Part shown: piece by piece, positions 1 to 9,542 of the stretch
Layout of the letters: each line of letters starts with the position of its first letter
How positions within the stretch are numbered: position 1 is the first letter of the stretch
Sequence record: PV764938.1
DNA length: 64,000 nt
Direction: 5' to 3' (one strand)
The notes under the pieces: model-generated
Databases searched by the model: none
What the model was told of the DNA's origin: nothing
What the model saw: the letters and a program-made list of their open reading frames with translations, nothing else
Program-made: the position numbers and the translations under genes

Positions 1-41
1 CCGACGAAGACGAGGACGAAGATTACGACGATTACGAATAA
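1..41 (+). CDS. 3' end of upstream gene (acidic tail DEDEDEDYDDYE*)
   Basis: Frame from nt 3 reads gac gaa gac...gaa taa; truncated by window edge. Confidence 0.6.
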   Translation, partial: DEDEDEDYDDYE

Positions 42-112
42 TGACATAGGACTACTTACCGCGTTAAGGTAAGAAAAAACACCTGTCACAAGTTGAAAGT
101 TGAAGGCCAATA

Positions 113-580
113 ATGAGCAAATGGTACGGAAAAATCACATCGACACCTGATGATCTGTCCATCCTAGTGGATGCAGTTCTCTATTTCGAAAACGAAATCG
201 AAATGGCAAAGCATGAGGTAAAGCTCAAGGGCTCCGTCGAGAAGTCGAGCGCACAGCTCCCCGGTATCGTTGAGCATCGGTTCAACCAGTACCAAGAGGT
301 CGAGGCCATTCTCAAGTATTTGGAAATTAAACACACCAAAGCCAAGTCCGCAGCTTTCAAGCGTTTTCTCGAAAACTACAATCGCACACTCAGCAGCCGT
401 GATGCAGCAATTTACGCGGACGCAGACTCCGACGTCATTGAGCTTGCAATGCTGATCAACCAAGTTGCGCTCGTGCGTAACACCTACATGGGTGTCATGA
501 AGGGTCTCGAATACAAGCATTGGCAGATCAACAACATTGTCAAGTTAAAGGTCGCCGGCATGGAAGACTTCGAGGTCTGA
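113..580 (+). CDS. uvsY: UvsY-like recombination mediator
   Basis: 155 aa helical protein ending QINNIVKLKVAGMED, typical of UvsY in large T4-like phages; near UvsW. Confidence 0.7.
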   Translation: MSKWYGKITSTPDDLSILVDAVLYFENEIEMAKHEVKLKGSVEKSSAQLPGIVEHRFNQYQEVEAILKYLEIKHTKAKSAAFKRFLENYNRTLSSRDAAIYADADSDVIELAMLINQVALVRNTYMGVMKGLEYKHWQINNIVKLKVAGMEDFEV

Positions 581-618
581 GGTTGACATCCAGAAGCGTC
601 GGCAACTAGGAGAATATC

Positions 619-1122
619 ATGCTTTTTGTTGCCGACGCCGACTTTGTCCAAAAGACGCAAAGCCAAGATCTTGGAGCTGTTGCCGAACAATTCGATGGCA
701 TTGCGGTGATTGAACGCTGCGATACGTTCGACGATCCCGGCTCATATATCCACTTCATGGATATCCCAGATGAATGGGTGGCACCACGCAAACTGCTGGT
801 GAATCAAACGGGTAACCTCCTCTACAAGCCCTACAACACTGACCATCTCGATGAAGACCTTCTGGCTCAGTATTGGGAGATCAAACAGTACGACATCCAG
901 TTCCGCTACGCTATAATGTCGTACGAACCCTACTTGACTCGTAAGGGCCGATATGCGTTGCAAACGCATATGTGGCAGACTCTGATATTTTTTAATTTTG
1001 ACTCTAGCGCGGACGCCGTGTTAGCAAAATTGAGTACAGACGACCTTAGGAGCATTAGCGTTGAAGACTATCGAAGATTGCTTGGAGAAATTGGACAACC
1101 TTCAGTCCATCTTTCCGTATAA
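619..1122 (+). CDS. hypothetical protein, contains F-x4-DA-x-L-x-KL family motif
   Basis: GGAG RBS, TTGACA at about 583; motif FNFDSSADAVLAKL. Confidence 0.7.
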   Translation: MLFVADADFVQKTQSQDLGAVAEQFDGIAVIERCDTFDDPGSYIHFMDIPDEWVAPRKLLVNQTGNLLYKPYNTDHLDEDLLAQYWEIKQYDIQFRYAIMSYEPYLTRKGRYALQTHMWQTLIFFNFDSSADAVLAKLSTDDLRSISVEDYRRLLGEIGQPSVHLSV

Positions 1123-1729
1123 TCCTCCTCCGGGTTCGATCCATCCCACAAAACTCATTTCACAGTGGGATCAGAAATTCATCTCCGATGTTTCCACGCA
1201 CACGGTTCGTGGTTCCCCTTTGAGTTCCGCGCAAGCCGCGTTGACGCTCAAGATCCTCAACAAATACACGTCACTGTTCTCGGGTAACGATCGCACCAAT
1301 GTTGAGTCCCTGATTAAGCATCCGATTTACCGCCGCGAGCTTTACCAAAGCATTGCAGTGGAACGCGAAGTACGTTGGGCTGGTGGTGCAACTCTGTTGT
1401 TCCGCTGCCAGTACAATGCAATCGTGATGAGTGACCTCAAGTACATTAGTTGTGCGCTGGATACGATCATCGAGAAGCGCATGATCAAGGGCATGAAGAC
1501 TTGGAAAATCGTAGTCGACGATTCCAATTACAAGGAGATCATGAACTTCGTAAAGAAGCACAACTTCGCCTTTGACGATGGTGTGCTCGAATTGTTCATG
1601 CACATCAACAATCACGTCGATGACGAACCTGCAATCCGTGTCGTAGACGGCGAGATCCAAGTAGAAATCAACAATGATGTCCTCTCCACGCTGTGGATTG
1701 AGGAAATGGAATGGCTGCGAAATGTTTGA
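1061..1729 (+). CDS. conserved-type hypothetical protein (TTG start)
   Basis: 222 aa ORF overlapping both neighbours in operon fashion. Confidence 0.65.
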   Translation: MKTIEDCLEKLDNLQSIFPYNPPPGSIHPTKLISQWDQKFISDVSTHTVRGSPLSSAQAALTLKILNKYTSLFSGNDRTNVESLIKHPIYRRELYQSIAVEREVRWAGGATLLFRCQYNAIVMSDLKYISCALDTIIEKRMIKGMKTWKIVVDDSNYKEIMNFVKKHNFAFDDGVLELFMHINNHVDDEPAIRVVDGEIQVEINNDVLSTLWIEEMEWLRNV

Positions 1730-3224
1730 GAGAACTTCATATCCGCTAACCGGCAAGTGGGCCAGGCATCTCCTTCGCTTATCAAATGCTTCAAAGATAC
1801 CCGTAGATGCATCGCTACGCGAAGTAGCGAAACAACGTAGCTACGACGTATCAATGGTTCCTGCGCATCTCAAGTTCTCCCGTAAAGAATACGACGCTAT
1901 CCAATACCTATTGGACTGGAATTGCCGTGCCATCCTGTTGGATCACAAGGGTATCAGCTATTCCCGCCACATCTCGCTGTTGGGTGCGCAACTGTTGGAA
2001 TCCAAGTCCATTGTTGTGTTCTGCCGTGGTCCACGACAAGTGAGTGAATGGGCCGATCTGATTCGTTCCATGTATCCGGATGAACCCATCTTCACGAAGA
2101 TCAACAAGGATCCTCGTCGCAATGTCACCCAGCACGATGCCGACACGGCAAGTCGTCGTTGGATCGTTGGTGAATACCGGGAAATGCAAGACATTGGTAT
2201 GGTGACCGAACACAGCATCGACCACATGATTGTCGAGAAGGACGAAAAGGAACTCCCCTACGATTCCACGGATGTACTCGCGGGTCTTTGCTCGGAAATT
2301 CTCCGGACAACCTTTATCGCACAAAGCGCGGAGTTCTGGGTTGATCAATCCGACTACAAGAGTCAGTCCAGCATTGGCGTGATTCAAATGATCCTCTCGG
2401 AATATTTGAAAACTAATCGGCACATGAGTAAGGTCCCAGTGATGTTTGGAACGTCACAGACCGTTGCCATGTATTTCCGCAAGCGTGGACGCAAATACAA
2501 TCCAGTCTCGCTCTTTGAAGCTTCTGGGACCTGTTTTGATCTAGTCATGGAGAAATCCTCTGTGCATTTCAAAAACAACTTCTCCAATACCATGCTTGTG
2601 AATGAGGGAGCCAATAGCAATCGCCGCAACGAAGGCATCCAACGCTACACGAGTGTTGAAGCAGCCGTTTGTGGACGTGCTGGAGCTTCCGTTGATGAAC
2701 TCGTTGATCGTTCGCTTGAAGGTGATACCCAAGCTCGGGCACACCTTGAGGAACTAAAAACAGTGGATTGGGCAAAGCTCAAAGCCAACATGTTCTACAA
2801 CAATCTGCGCGTGATGAGTTCGGCTGAAGAGAAGGTTGTTATCGTCGCCAAGAACCAAGCCCTGCGCAAGTTCATGAGTTTCTCCACGAATATTGTGTCT
2901 GCGGATCCCGGTGATTCCAACATCGATCAGAAGCTCTCGAATTTCGTATATCCCGCAAATAACAGTTTGGATTTTCCGAATCTCCCCTTGGGATTCAAGA
3001 ACCATATCAGCAACACGATTATGGTCTCCGATTTGATCACATTGGATGTTCGGGCGCTGGAGATTACCGAGCAGGTCATCTTCGCCGAGTTCGATTACGA
3101 TCCTCAGGTTCTGGCCGATTACGTGGAGCTATCCAAGGCATTTGGATTCAAGATCACATTCGGGACGATGCGCGGAACTTTTGAGGAACGACTCGCTGAG
3201 AAGCTCCTGGATCCCTACTACTAA
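1722..3224 (+). CDS. degenerate SNF2/SF2 helicase-like protein
   Basis: RAILLDHKGISYS resembles SNF2 ALLADEMGLGKT; IVVFCR..W and EEKVVIVA resemble later motifs; Walker A Lys absent; start re-assigned to ATG 1722. Confidence 0.5.
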   Translation: MFERTSYPLTGKWARHLLRLSNASKIPVDASLREVAKQRSYDVSMVPAHLKFSRKEYDAIQYLLDWNCRAILLDHKGISYSRHISLLGAQLLESKSIVVFCRGPRQVSEWADLIRSMYPDEPIFTKINKDPRRNVTQHDADTASRRWIVGEYREMQDIGMVTEHSIDHMIVEKDEKELPYDSTDVLAGLCSEILRTTFIAQSAEFWVDQSDYKSQSSIGVIQMILSEYLKTNRHMSKVPVMFGTSQTVAMYFRKRGRKYNPVSLFEASGTCFDLVMEKSSVHFKNNFSNTMLVNEGANSNRRNEGIQRYTSVEAAVCGRAGASVDELVDRSLEGDTQARAHLEELKTVDWAKLKANMFYNNLRVMSSAEEKVVIVAKNQALRKFMSFSTNIVSADPGDSNIDQKLSNFVYPANNSLDFPNLPLGFKNHISNTIMVSDLITLDVRALEITEQVIFAEFDYDPQVLADYVELSKAFGFKITFGTMRGTFEERLAEKLLDPYY

Positions 3225-3344
3225 GTTCAATCAGGAACAGAACAAATTGACTACTGAGGCCTTATTCCTGTAAATTGGGAATAAGGTCGTTTTTTATATA
3301 AACGACGTGACCTGAAACGATAAGTAATAATAAAAAGGTCCATC

Positions 3345-4871
3345 GTGAAAACTTGTAAATTGGTAATCCATGACGAGGTTAATGCCTCGTTCGTAGATCT
3401 CGAACCACGTGTTCGTCGTCTATGCCATGACGCGCTCAAGCACTTCCTGCCACATGCTCGTCATACCCCTGCGTTCAAGTTGGGACGTTGGGACGGCACC
3501 ATTAGTTTGTTTGCCGTAAACGGCAACACCTATGTGAATATGCTGGATCGGGTACTCCCGATCATCATGGAAAACGGGTACGAAATTGAGCTCGAAGATC
3601 TTCGAACTCCACGTACTTTTGAATTCCCGGACATTGATGAAGAATACTGCACGAACTTCATGCCCAATAGTGTTTGGCCAAAAGGTCATCCAGCTGCGGG
3701 CAAGCCGATCATGCTGCGCGACTATCAGGTCGAAATCATCAAGACGTTCATCGACAATCCGCAGTCCATGCAGGAAATTGCAACGGGCGCTGGTAAGACT
3801 TTGCTCACGGCTACACTCAGCCATGTAGTCGAAGCCTATGGTCGTAGTATCATTATTGTTCCAAACAAGTCGCTTGTAGAACAAACTGAGGCCGATTATA
3901 AGAATCTTGGTCTTGATGTTGGTGTCTACTACGGTGACCGCAAGGATATCGGTAAGACTCACACGATTTGTACTTGGCAATCACTTGACCGCATGGCCAA
4001 GGGTACTGCAAGCAAGACAAAGACTAACGCCGTTGACTTCGAAGACTTCATCGAAAACGTTGTTTGCGTGATCATCGACGAAGCGCACCAAGCTAAAGCC
4101 GACGTGTTGAAGAACATGATGGCTGGTGCATTCGCAAACATTCCGATTCGTTGGGGACTCACTGGAACTATTCCGAAGGAAGCACATGCAGCGGATACTA
4201 TCCTGAGTTCAATTGGCCCAGTCGTTAACCGACTCGCAGCCAAGGAACTTATGGATCGCGGCGTTCTCAGCTCGTGCCACGTCGAATGCCTCCAGCTCAT
4301 GGACACGGCAGAATTCGGCAGCTTCCATGAGGAATATGAATTCCTCACAACCGACCGTACAAAGCTTGAATGGCTTGCTGGACTGGTTCAGCAAACACGC
4401 AAGACCGGCAACACTCTGGTTCTAGTGAATCGCGTGGCAACCGGAAAGGAACTCCAGGATATGGTCCCGGATTCCGACTTTATTTCAGGCGGTGTGAAAT
4501 CAGCCGAGCGTAATGAAACCTACTCGGATGCTTCCGAGAAGGACAACATGGCAATCATCGCTACCTATGGTGTTGCGGCGGTTGGCATCAATATCCCACG
4601 AATCTTCAACTTGATTCTCATCGAACCAGGAAAGTCGTTCGTCCGAGTTATTCAGAGTATCGGTCGCGGTATTCGTAAGGCTCAGGACAAGGATTTCGTG
4701 CAGATCTACGACGTCGCAAGCACCTGTAAGTTCTCGGCTGCGCATTTGACGAAGCGCAAGAAGTTCTACAAGGAAGCTCAATACCCATACAAGACCAAAA
4801 AGGTCGACTACCTTCGAGGAGAGATGCTCTCCTACAGTGGAAAAACAACAGATGAAGATTCTAACAGTTGA
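3345..4871 (+). CDS. uvsW: UvsW-like SF2 DNA helicase
   Basis: LRDYQ, ATGAGKT, DEAH, GLTGT, QSIGRGIR motifs; GTG start. Confidence 0.9.
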   Translation: MKTCKLVIHDEVNASFVDLEPRVRRLCHDALKHFLPHARHTPAFKLGRWDGTISLFAVNGNTYVNMLDRVLPIIMENGYEIELEDLRTPRTFEFPDIDEEYCTNFMPNSVWPKGHPAAGKPIMLRDYQVEIIKTFIDNPQSMQEIATGAGKTLLTATLSHVVEAYGRSIIIVPNKSLVEQTEADYKNLGLDVGVYYGDRKDIGKTHTICTWQSLDRMAKGTASKTKTNAVDFEDFIENVVCVIIDEAHQAKADVLKNMMAGAFANIPIRWGLTGTIPKEAHAADTILSSIGPVVNRLAAKELMDRGVLSSCHVECLQLMDTAEFGSFHEEYEFLTTDRTKLEWLAGLVQQTRKTGNTLVLVNRVATGKELQDMVPDSDFISGGVKSAERNETYSDASEKDNMAIIATYGVAAVGINIPRIFNLILIEPGKSFVRVIQSIGRGIRKAQDKDFVQIYDVASTCKFSAAHLTKRKKFYKEAQYPYKTKKVDYLRGEMLSYSGKTTDEDSNS

Positions 4872-5352
4872 TAACAAGCCCTTTTCGATGAACGACGTTC
4901 CCGATGAGGTCGATGATATCAGATATTGCGTACTCGATTACACGGACTCCAACAATGTGGATTACATTTTCATCCCATTGATGTTCTTGGAATCGTTCAA
5001 CAAAAGCGCGGTTGACCTGCGCATCGGAAACTATCGGATTCAAATGCCAAGTGATTGGTCCATCGTAATCGGCGATAAGCATTCGGGTGACCTGGAAGTC
5101 ATCAGCCTAAAGCAGCTTAATGACCGAGAGTTTGATGTATTTGCGATCAACCCGATCAGCGGATATATGCCGGAATTTCTTGACATTGAGATCATGAATG
5201 TGTTTCCTGATGTTAAGTGGTATTTCCCTAAACTCAAGTACGGACACATTCTTGCCGTCCCGTTGAGCCATGAGGAAAAATCCCTTTGTGCGTTCTTTGT
5301 GAAGGACGTCAACAAGATCCCGGAATCCCTTGATATCACACAGATGGTTTGA
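4852..5352 (+). CDS. conserved hypothetical protein downstream of UvsW
   Basis: ORF MKILTVDN... overlapping uvsW end; phage-like codon usage. Confidence 0.75.
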   Translation: MKILTVDNKPFSMNDVPDEVDDIRYCVLDYTDSNNVDYIFIPLMFLESFNKSAVDLRIGNYRIQMPSDWSIVIGDKHSGDLEVISLKQLNDREFDVFAINPISGYMPEFLDIEIMNVFPDVKWYFPKLKYGHILAVPLSHEEKSLCAFFVKDVNKIPESLDITQMV

Positions 5353-5555
5353 TGATACCTATTATTTTTAATCTTGATGATTGGGAAGGCTGGACCGTGG
5401 TACGGAATTACGAACGTAATGTTCACTCCGTACCGCGTAAAGGCGAAATGATCCACTACAAGGATACGCACTTCAAGGTGCGTGAAGTAACATACGACAT
5501 GGACGAAGGTTCGTTCGCCCCTGTCATCAAAGTCTACGCAAAGCAGGGTGACTAA
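5349..5555 (+). CDS. hypothetical protein
   Basis: 68 aa, coupled to neighbours. Confidence 0.6.
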   Translation: MMIPIIFNLDDWEGWTVVRNYERNVHSVPRKGEMIHYKDTHFKVREVTYDMDEGSFAPVIKVYAKQGD

Positions 5556-5830
5556 TGTCAACGCTATACTTGAGTTTGAAATCCGAATATTTTGATGCCA
5601 TTCGCGATGGTACCAAACTCGAGGAATATCGTGAAGTTACCGAATACTGGACCAAGAGAATTGTCGGCCGCGAATACACGGATATCATCCTGACTAAGGG
5701 GTATCCGAAGGCCGATGATTGGTCTCGTCGCATTCGTAAGCCCTGGCGCGGATACACCGTCAAAAAGCTTACCCACCCCTTCTTCGGAAATCAGGAAATA
5801 ACTGTCTTCGCAATTGACGTATCTGGTTGA
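5555..5830 (+). CDS. ASCH/PUA-like domain protein
   Basis: LSLKSEYFDAIRDGTKLEEYRE matches ASCH G-x-K-x-x-E-x-R motif. Confidence 0.75.
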   Translation: MSTLYLSLKSEYFDAIRDGTKLEEYREVTEYWTKRIVGREYTDIILTKGYPKADDWSRRIRKPWRGYTVKKLTHPFFGNQEITVFAIDVSG

Positions 5831-5881
5831 CAACTTTGGTTCCTATGTTATTCTACGGATAACAACAGGAGATCGAAGATG
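5823..5881 (+). promoter_or_regulatory. early sigma70-type promoter plus RBS cassette
   Basis: GGTTGACA-N7-GTTCCTATGTTATTCT ... AGGAGATCGAAGATG; near-identical copy at 35018-35076 on minus strand. Confidence 0.8.
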
Positions 5882-6178
5882 TCGGCTGATATGAACAAGT
5901 TTAACGAAGTGTTCTCTCACCTCAAGGCTGACCCCTACGCGGTCGCTGCTCTCGAGGACATGATCGGTCGCGAATTCGTCTACGATATTCCCGAAGAGCC
6001 CGCAGCACGCGACAAGTTCATCCGCGCAAACGGCACGCTCATCCTCAAAAACAAGTTCAAGATCGTCGGCATTCAGCGCGACTACAAGGGCGACCTCGCT
6101 TACCGCGCGGTTTGCTTGGGCTTCGACGACACTTTCGGTCGTTGCGTTTCTCCGAAAGAAATTCAAATTCTGGAATAA
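5879..6178 (+). CDS. early hypothetical protein
   Basis: Directly follows promoter/RBS cassette. Confidence 0.8.
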   Translation: MSADMNKFNEVFSHLKADPYAVAALEDMIGREFVYDIPEEPAARDKFIRANGTLILKNKFKIVGIQRDYKGDLAYRAVCLGFDDTFGRCVSPKEIQILE

Positions 6179-6180
6179 CT

Positions 6181-6235
6181 CTGGTTGACACTTCCCATTC
6201 CTATGTTATGTTGGATGTAACAAAGGAGATCGGAA
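6181..6235 (+). promoter_or_regulatory. early promoter plus RBS cassette
   Basis: GGTTGACA...TTCCTATGTTATGTT...AGGAGATCGGAAATG. Confidence 0.75.
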
Positions 6236-6421
6236 ATGCAGATTCACATGGTCATCAAGGTCGTCAAGCCATACTGCGAAACGCTGGTGTTCAACATCGA
6301 GCCTTATCTCTCAAAGATCAAAGCAGACATTCGCGCAAAGGAACTCAACGACAGCCGGACTCCGGAGGATCTTGAGGACTACGTTGATTACGTTGTAGAA
6401 TCCTACGACATTGCCGCTTAA
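6236..6421 (+). CDS. early hypothetical protein
   Basis: GGAG RBS. Confidence 0.7.
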   Translation: MQIHMVIKVVKPYCETLVFNIEPYLSKIKADIRAKELNDSRTPEDLEDYVDYVVESYDIAA

Positions 6422-6432
6422 GGAGATCGAAA

Positions 6433-6648
6433 ATGGTTAAAGAAGGTCAGCGAATCACCTACAAGGCCAAGGGCAAGCTTGCTCGTCTCGAAGGTAAGGC
6501 CGGCCAGTGGGTCACCGGTGTAGTTATGGGACTTCGCGGAGACGAAAACGCCGTACTCGTAATGCCGGACCATCGCACGGTCGAAGGCGCAGTGTTCAAA
6601 GACCTCGCCGCAATCATCGAAGTCAAAGCCATTAAGAAGGGCAAGTGA
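6433..6648 (+). CDS. early hypothetical protein
   Basis: AGGAGATCGAAAATG leader. Confidence 0.7.
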   Translation: MVKEGQRITYKAKGKLARLEGKAGQWVTGVVMGLRGDENAVLVMPDHRTVEGAVFKDLAAIIEVKAIKKGK

Positions 6649-6887
6649 TGTTTCCGCTCCATATGTGTTTGATGAAAATCACACGGAAGTCAGACGGCAA
6701 TTCCCACAGCATGACTTTCGATATGGAGTACACGGCGCAGGGAACCTTCGAACGACTTGACGCCGCAAATCCAGGCGTATATGAGTGCGAGATCACTCCC
6801 ATCCGGGGCTCCTACTATTATTGCCCTGAGATGTTCGAGCAAGAATTCGCAATTATGGATTTGGAAGCAAGTCGTGCAACTAGATGA
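6645..6887 (+). CDS. hypothetical protein
   Basis: GTGA overlap with upstream stop. Confidence 0.55.
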   Translation: MMFPLHMCLMKITRKSDGNSHSMTFDMEYTAQGTFERLDAANPGVYECEITPIRGSYYYCPEMFEQEFAIMDLEASRATR

Positions 6888-7413
6888 ATATCTCGCATTT
6901 GCGGGGATAGGCCACCAGGAGAATCTCTCCTATTTGCCACAGCCGAATACCGCAGACGTGGTACTCACCGATCAGATAGCGCCGTTGGATATTATTCCGA
7001 CGTCGTTCTGTTTTCCGTTCCTTCGCGATAGACGGGTAGTCTTGGCCAACAATCGCCGACGTGGTGCAGAAATCCCCGGTGGGCACCGTGACCGCATCAA
7101 TGGCGTACTGGAACTTCCCGCAGTAGCAGCAAAGCGCGAAGCACATGAGGAAGTCGGTGCGGTCGTCAATGACGTTATCGCAATCGGGTTCATGCGCAGT
7201 TCCTGCAGTGGTGAAGCACCAGACGGATATCGATATCCGTTCCCGCATTCATGTCAGCAGTTCTTTGCAGGTTTCTGTGAGGACTTGCTCGACTATGAGG
7301 AAAACGATGAATGCTTGGTGCCGCTGTTGGTAGCGCAATCGGACATTGAAAAGCATCTGAAGGACAGAGGTTTGCTCCTGTATAGGGAAGCTTATCGTAG
7401 GCTTTTCTCGTAG
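6874..7413 (+). CDS. Nudix hydrolase
   Basis: EIPGG...AAKREAHEEVG Nudix box with insertion; likely GTG start at 6874. Confidence 0.8.
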   Translation: MQLDEYLAFAGIGHQENLSYLPQPNTADVVLTDQIAPLDIIPTSFCFPFLRDRRVVLANNRRRGAEIPGGHRDRINGVLELPAVAAKREAHEEVGAVVNDVIAIGFMRSSCSGEAPDGYRYPFPHSCQQFFAGFCEDLLDYEENDECLVPLLVAQSDIEKHLKDRGLLLYREAYRRLFS

Positions 7414-7422
7414 TCAAGGAAA

Positions 7423-7446
7423 TGGCCCGGAAACCAGTCCGGGCCA
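7423..7446 (-). terminator. rho-independent terminator
   Basis: 9-bp stem TGGCCCGGA/TCCGGGCCA followed by short T run on minus strand, between convergent genes. Confidence 0.65.
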
Positions 7447-7455
7447 CATCTGTGA

Positions 7456-8160
7456 TTAAACAGCCGTCGAAGTGATACCGTCGATTGTGTATGTCTGACC
7501 GTCAGCAAAACCGAACAGGGTTGTGCCAACGAATGCTGTTGCGCCGCCTTCTGCGTCGTAAGCATCAAGAGTCAGGACAACGTCAGCACCACCAGCGATC
7601 GAAACTGTAACTGTTGCCTTAGCGGACTGGTCACCAGCGAGAAGCAGGTTGCTCTCTGTTGTGTCGTAGATCGAAACAACGTCAAAGCCTGTAATCGAAC
7701 CGGAGATTGCACCAGCTGTTTCGTTAACGTAACCAACAAAGCCTTCGCCTGCTTCAGCTGTTACGGAAATTTCTTCGCCTTCAGCTTCTTCCCATGTTTC
7801 GAATGTGAAGTCAGCCTGACCAGCTTCGGAAGCAGCATCAGCGGACCACATGTAGGAATTGCCGTCGAATGTCTTAACCGTACGGTTGAAGATCTTGCTT
7901 GCGTATTCGACCTGGGAAGCACCGAATGGAGTTACGATGATAACGCCTTCGCCTGGAGCATCCGGCATAGCATCGACGAGCTTTACAACGCCGACCTTAG
8001 TGCCGTTTGTTACCTGGTAACGACCAGTGCCAACCTGACGAACGATCCAGAAACCTGTTTCAGCTTCAGTAGAACCTTCCAGCCATACGTGGGACAGAAC
8101 TAGCTGCTTACCACCGGTTGCTGGCGAACCGAAAAAACTCTTCTTGAGGGGACGACCCAT
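7456..8160 (-). CDS. putative virion structural protein
   Basis: MGRPLKKSFFG N-terminus, beta-rich composition, late-type TAAATA upstream (8192-8197). Confidence 0.55.
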   Translation of the reverse strand: MGRPLKKSFFGSPATGGKQLVLSHVWLEGSTEAETGFWIVRQVGTGRYQVTNGTKVGVVKLVDAMPDAPGEGVIIVTPFGASQVEYASKIFNRTVKTFDGNSYMWSADAASEAGQADFTFETWEEAEGEEISVTAEAGEGFVGYVNETAGAISGSITGFDVVSIYDTTESNLLLAGDQSAKATVTVSIAGGADVVLTLDAYDAEGGATAFVGTTLFGFADGQTYTIDGITSTAV

Positions 8161-8234
8161 GATGTAAACTCCTTCTAATGGGATAACGTTCTATTTATTA
8201 GGCGGATTAAATAATGTTTATTAAGAGGTGCCTA

Positions 8235-8711
8235 ATGCTGTCCCGTCCTGACGTAGAACAGATATTCCTATCCACGATGAGCACTGCTTGGCTTGCAAAA
8301 GCCTATCGGGTATCAACAAACACCATCCGCAGCATCAAGCGTCGTCGCACCCATAACGAATGGACCAAACACATTTTGGCGCCCGGTGTCGCACCCAATG
8401 TGAATCGAAAGGTGCTAGACGACGCTACAGTATGGGCCATTTATAAATTCACCGGCAATACTAAGGACCTCAAGCAACAGTTTGGTATCTCAAAGAAAGT
8501 TGCCATGAACATTAAGTTCCAAATAACATATTCAAGTATTACGCAGGGACTAGGACCTCCGGGTGAGCTAAAGGTACATAAACTTACTTGGGATGATGTC
8601 TGTACTATACGTGCGAGTAATTTGGGTTCGTCGGTACTTGCTGAACTATTCGGTGTTTCCACTGGAACAGTCAATAACATAATCTCGGGCCGAACCAGGA
8701 ATCTGAAATAA
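8235..8711 (+). CDS. protein with three tandem HTH repeats
   Basis: Three repeats of L-x3-V-x2-I...LA-x2-(F/Y)GVS-x3-I-x2-I; GAGG RBS before ATG 8235. Confidence 0.7.
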   Translation: MLSRPDVEQIFLSTMSTAWLAKAYRVSTNTIRSIKRRRTHNEWTKHILAPGVAPNVNRKVLDDATVWAIYKFTGNTKDLKQQFGISKKVAMNIKFQITYSSITQGLGPPGELKVHKLTWDDVCTIRASNLGSSVLAELFGVSTGTVNNIISGRTRNLK

Positions 8712-8746
8712 ATTGACGCCGAAGGCTCCAATGTCGTAGGTTAACT

Positions 8747-9052
8747 ATGAATCAGAGGAACCACTTTATGAAGTACCCTTATCGAATTTTCATCAAGTAC
8801 TCAAAGGGCGAAAGCAAGCTCAAGACGATTCAGGAAGTCAATCGATTCCTGAACAACGACATCAAGGGCGAATACCAAAAATACAACATCATCGGCGGTG
8901 AATTTAGAGACCGCCTCGATGGTATCGAGCTTGCTTTTGCAGATCACAAAGACGCAGTTCTTTTCAGACTAGGATTTAATATCGATGGCCAAGAAGTCAC
9001 AGCCAAAACCCACCAGCGATTCGACGCCGGAGAAGAAAAAGAAAGAGTATAA
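8747..9052 (+). CDS. hypothetical protein, F-x4-DA-x-LFKL family
   Basis: LAFADHKDAVLFRLGF. Confidence 0.65.
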   Translation: MNQRNHFMKYPYRIFIKYSKGESKLKTIQEVNRFLNNDIKGEYQKYNIIGGEFRDRLDGIELAFADHKDAVLFRLGFNIDGQEVTAKTHQRFDAGEEKERV

Positions 9053-9542
9053 GCTCGATCTCTTCGGCCAAACGCTGCCTGCACTCTATAAGTGTGACAT
9101 TGATTTCTATGCACGATGCTCGGAAGAGGAACGCAAGGAAATCAGCCCGCTCATTCTGATGCGCTGGGTATCGCTTGCCGAGGGCCACCAAGAGCTCGCG
9201 CCTACATTCGTAAATACGTTTGTGAACAACGGCTTCTGGCAGCTTTCCAAGCATCCGGAATTGCAGTGGAAGCAGTTGTGTGTGGTTGCATCGGAAATCT
9301 CTCCTAGGACTCCACGGCATAAGTGGATGATGCCTAAGCGAAAGGTCTCCAATACTCCATTGCTCGATAACTATTTCATTCAGAAGTATCCGTTCGCCAA
9401 CGATCAGGAAATCAAGCTTCTGAAGGAAAAGCTGGAAACTGAGGACGCGGTGCGCGATCTCGCAGAGCAGTTCGGTGCAACCGATGGTGAGATCAAAGAC
9501 GTCGTGAAGGAATATCGAGATCACTATGGCAAGAAAGCCTAA
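8985..9542 (+). CDS. clamp-loader small subunit (T4 gp62-like)
   Basis: EEERKEISPLILMRWVS segment and size fit gp62-like proteins; replication context. Confidence 0.5.
   Translation: MAKKSQPKPTSDSTPEKKKKEYKLDLFGQTLPALYKCDIDFYARCSEEERKEISPLILMRWVSLAEGHQELAPTFVNTFVNNGFWQLSKHPELQWKQLCVVASEISPRTPRHKWMMPKRKVSNTPLLDNYFIQKYPFANDQEIKLLKEKLETEDAVRDLAEQFGATDGEIKDVVKEYRDHYGKKA

Noticed and set aside
3258-3307. Overlapping hairpins upstream of uvsW as a late-gating element
   Set aside because: Loop has TAAATT rather than TAAATA and the uvsW SD is not inside the stem; more likely a terminator
4852-5352. Hint/intein-like domain
   Set aside because: Only a vague beta-rich resemblance; no N-terminal Cys/Ser or C-terminal His-Asn
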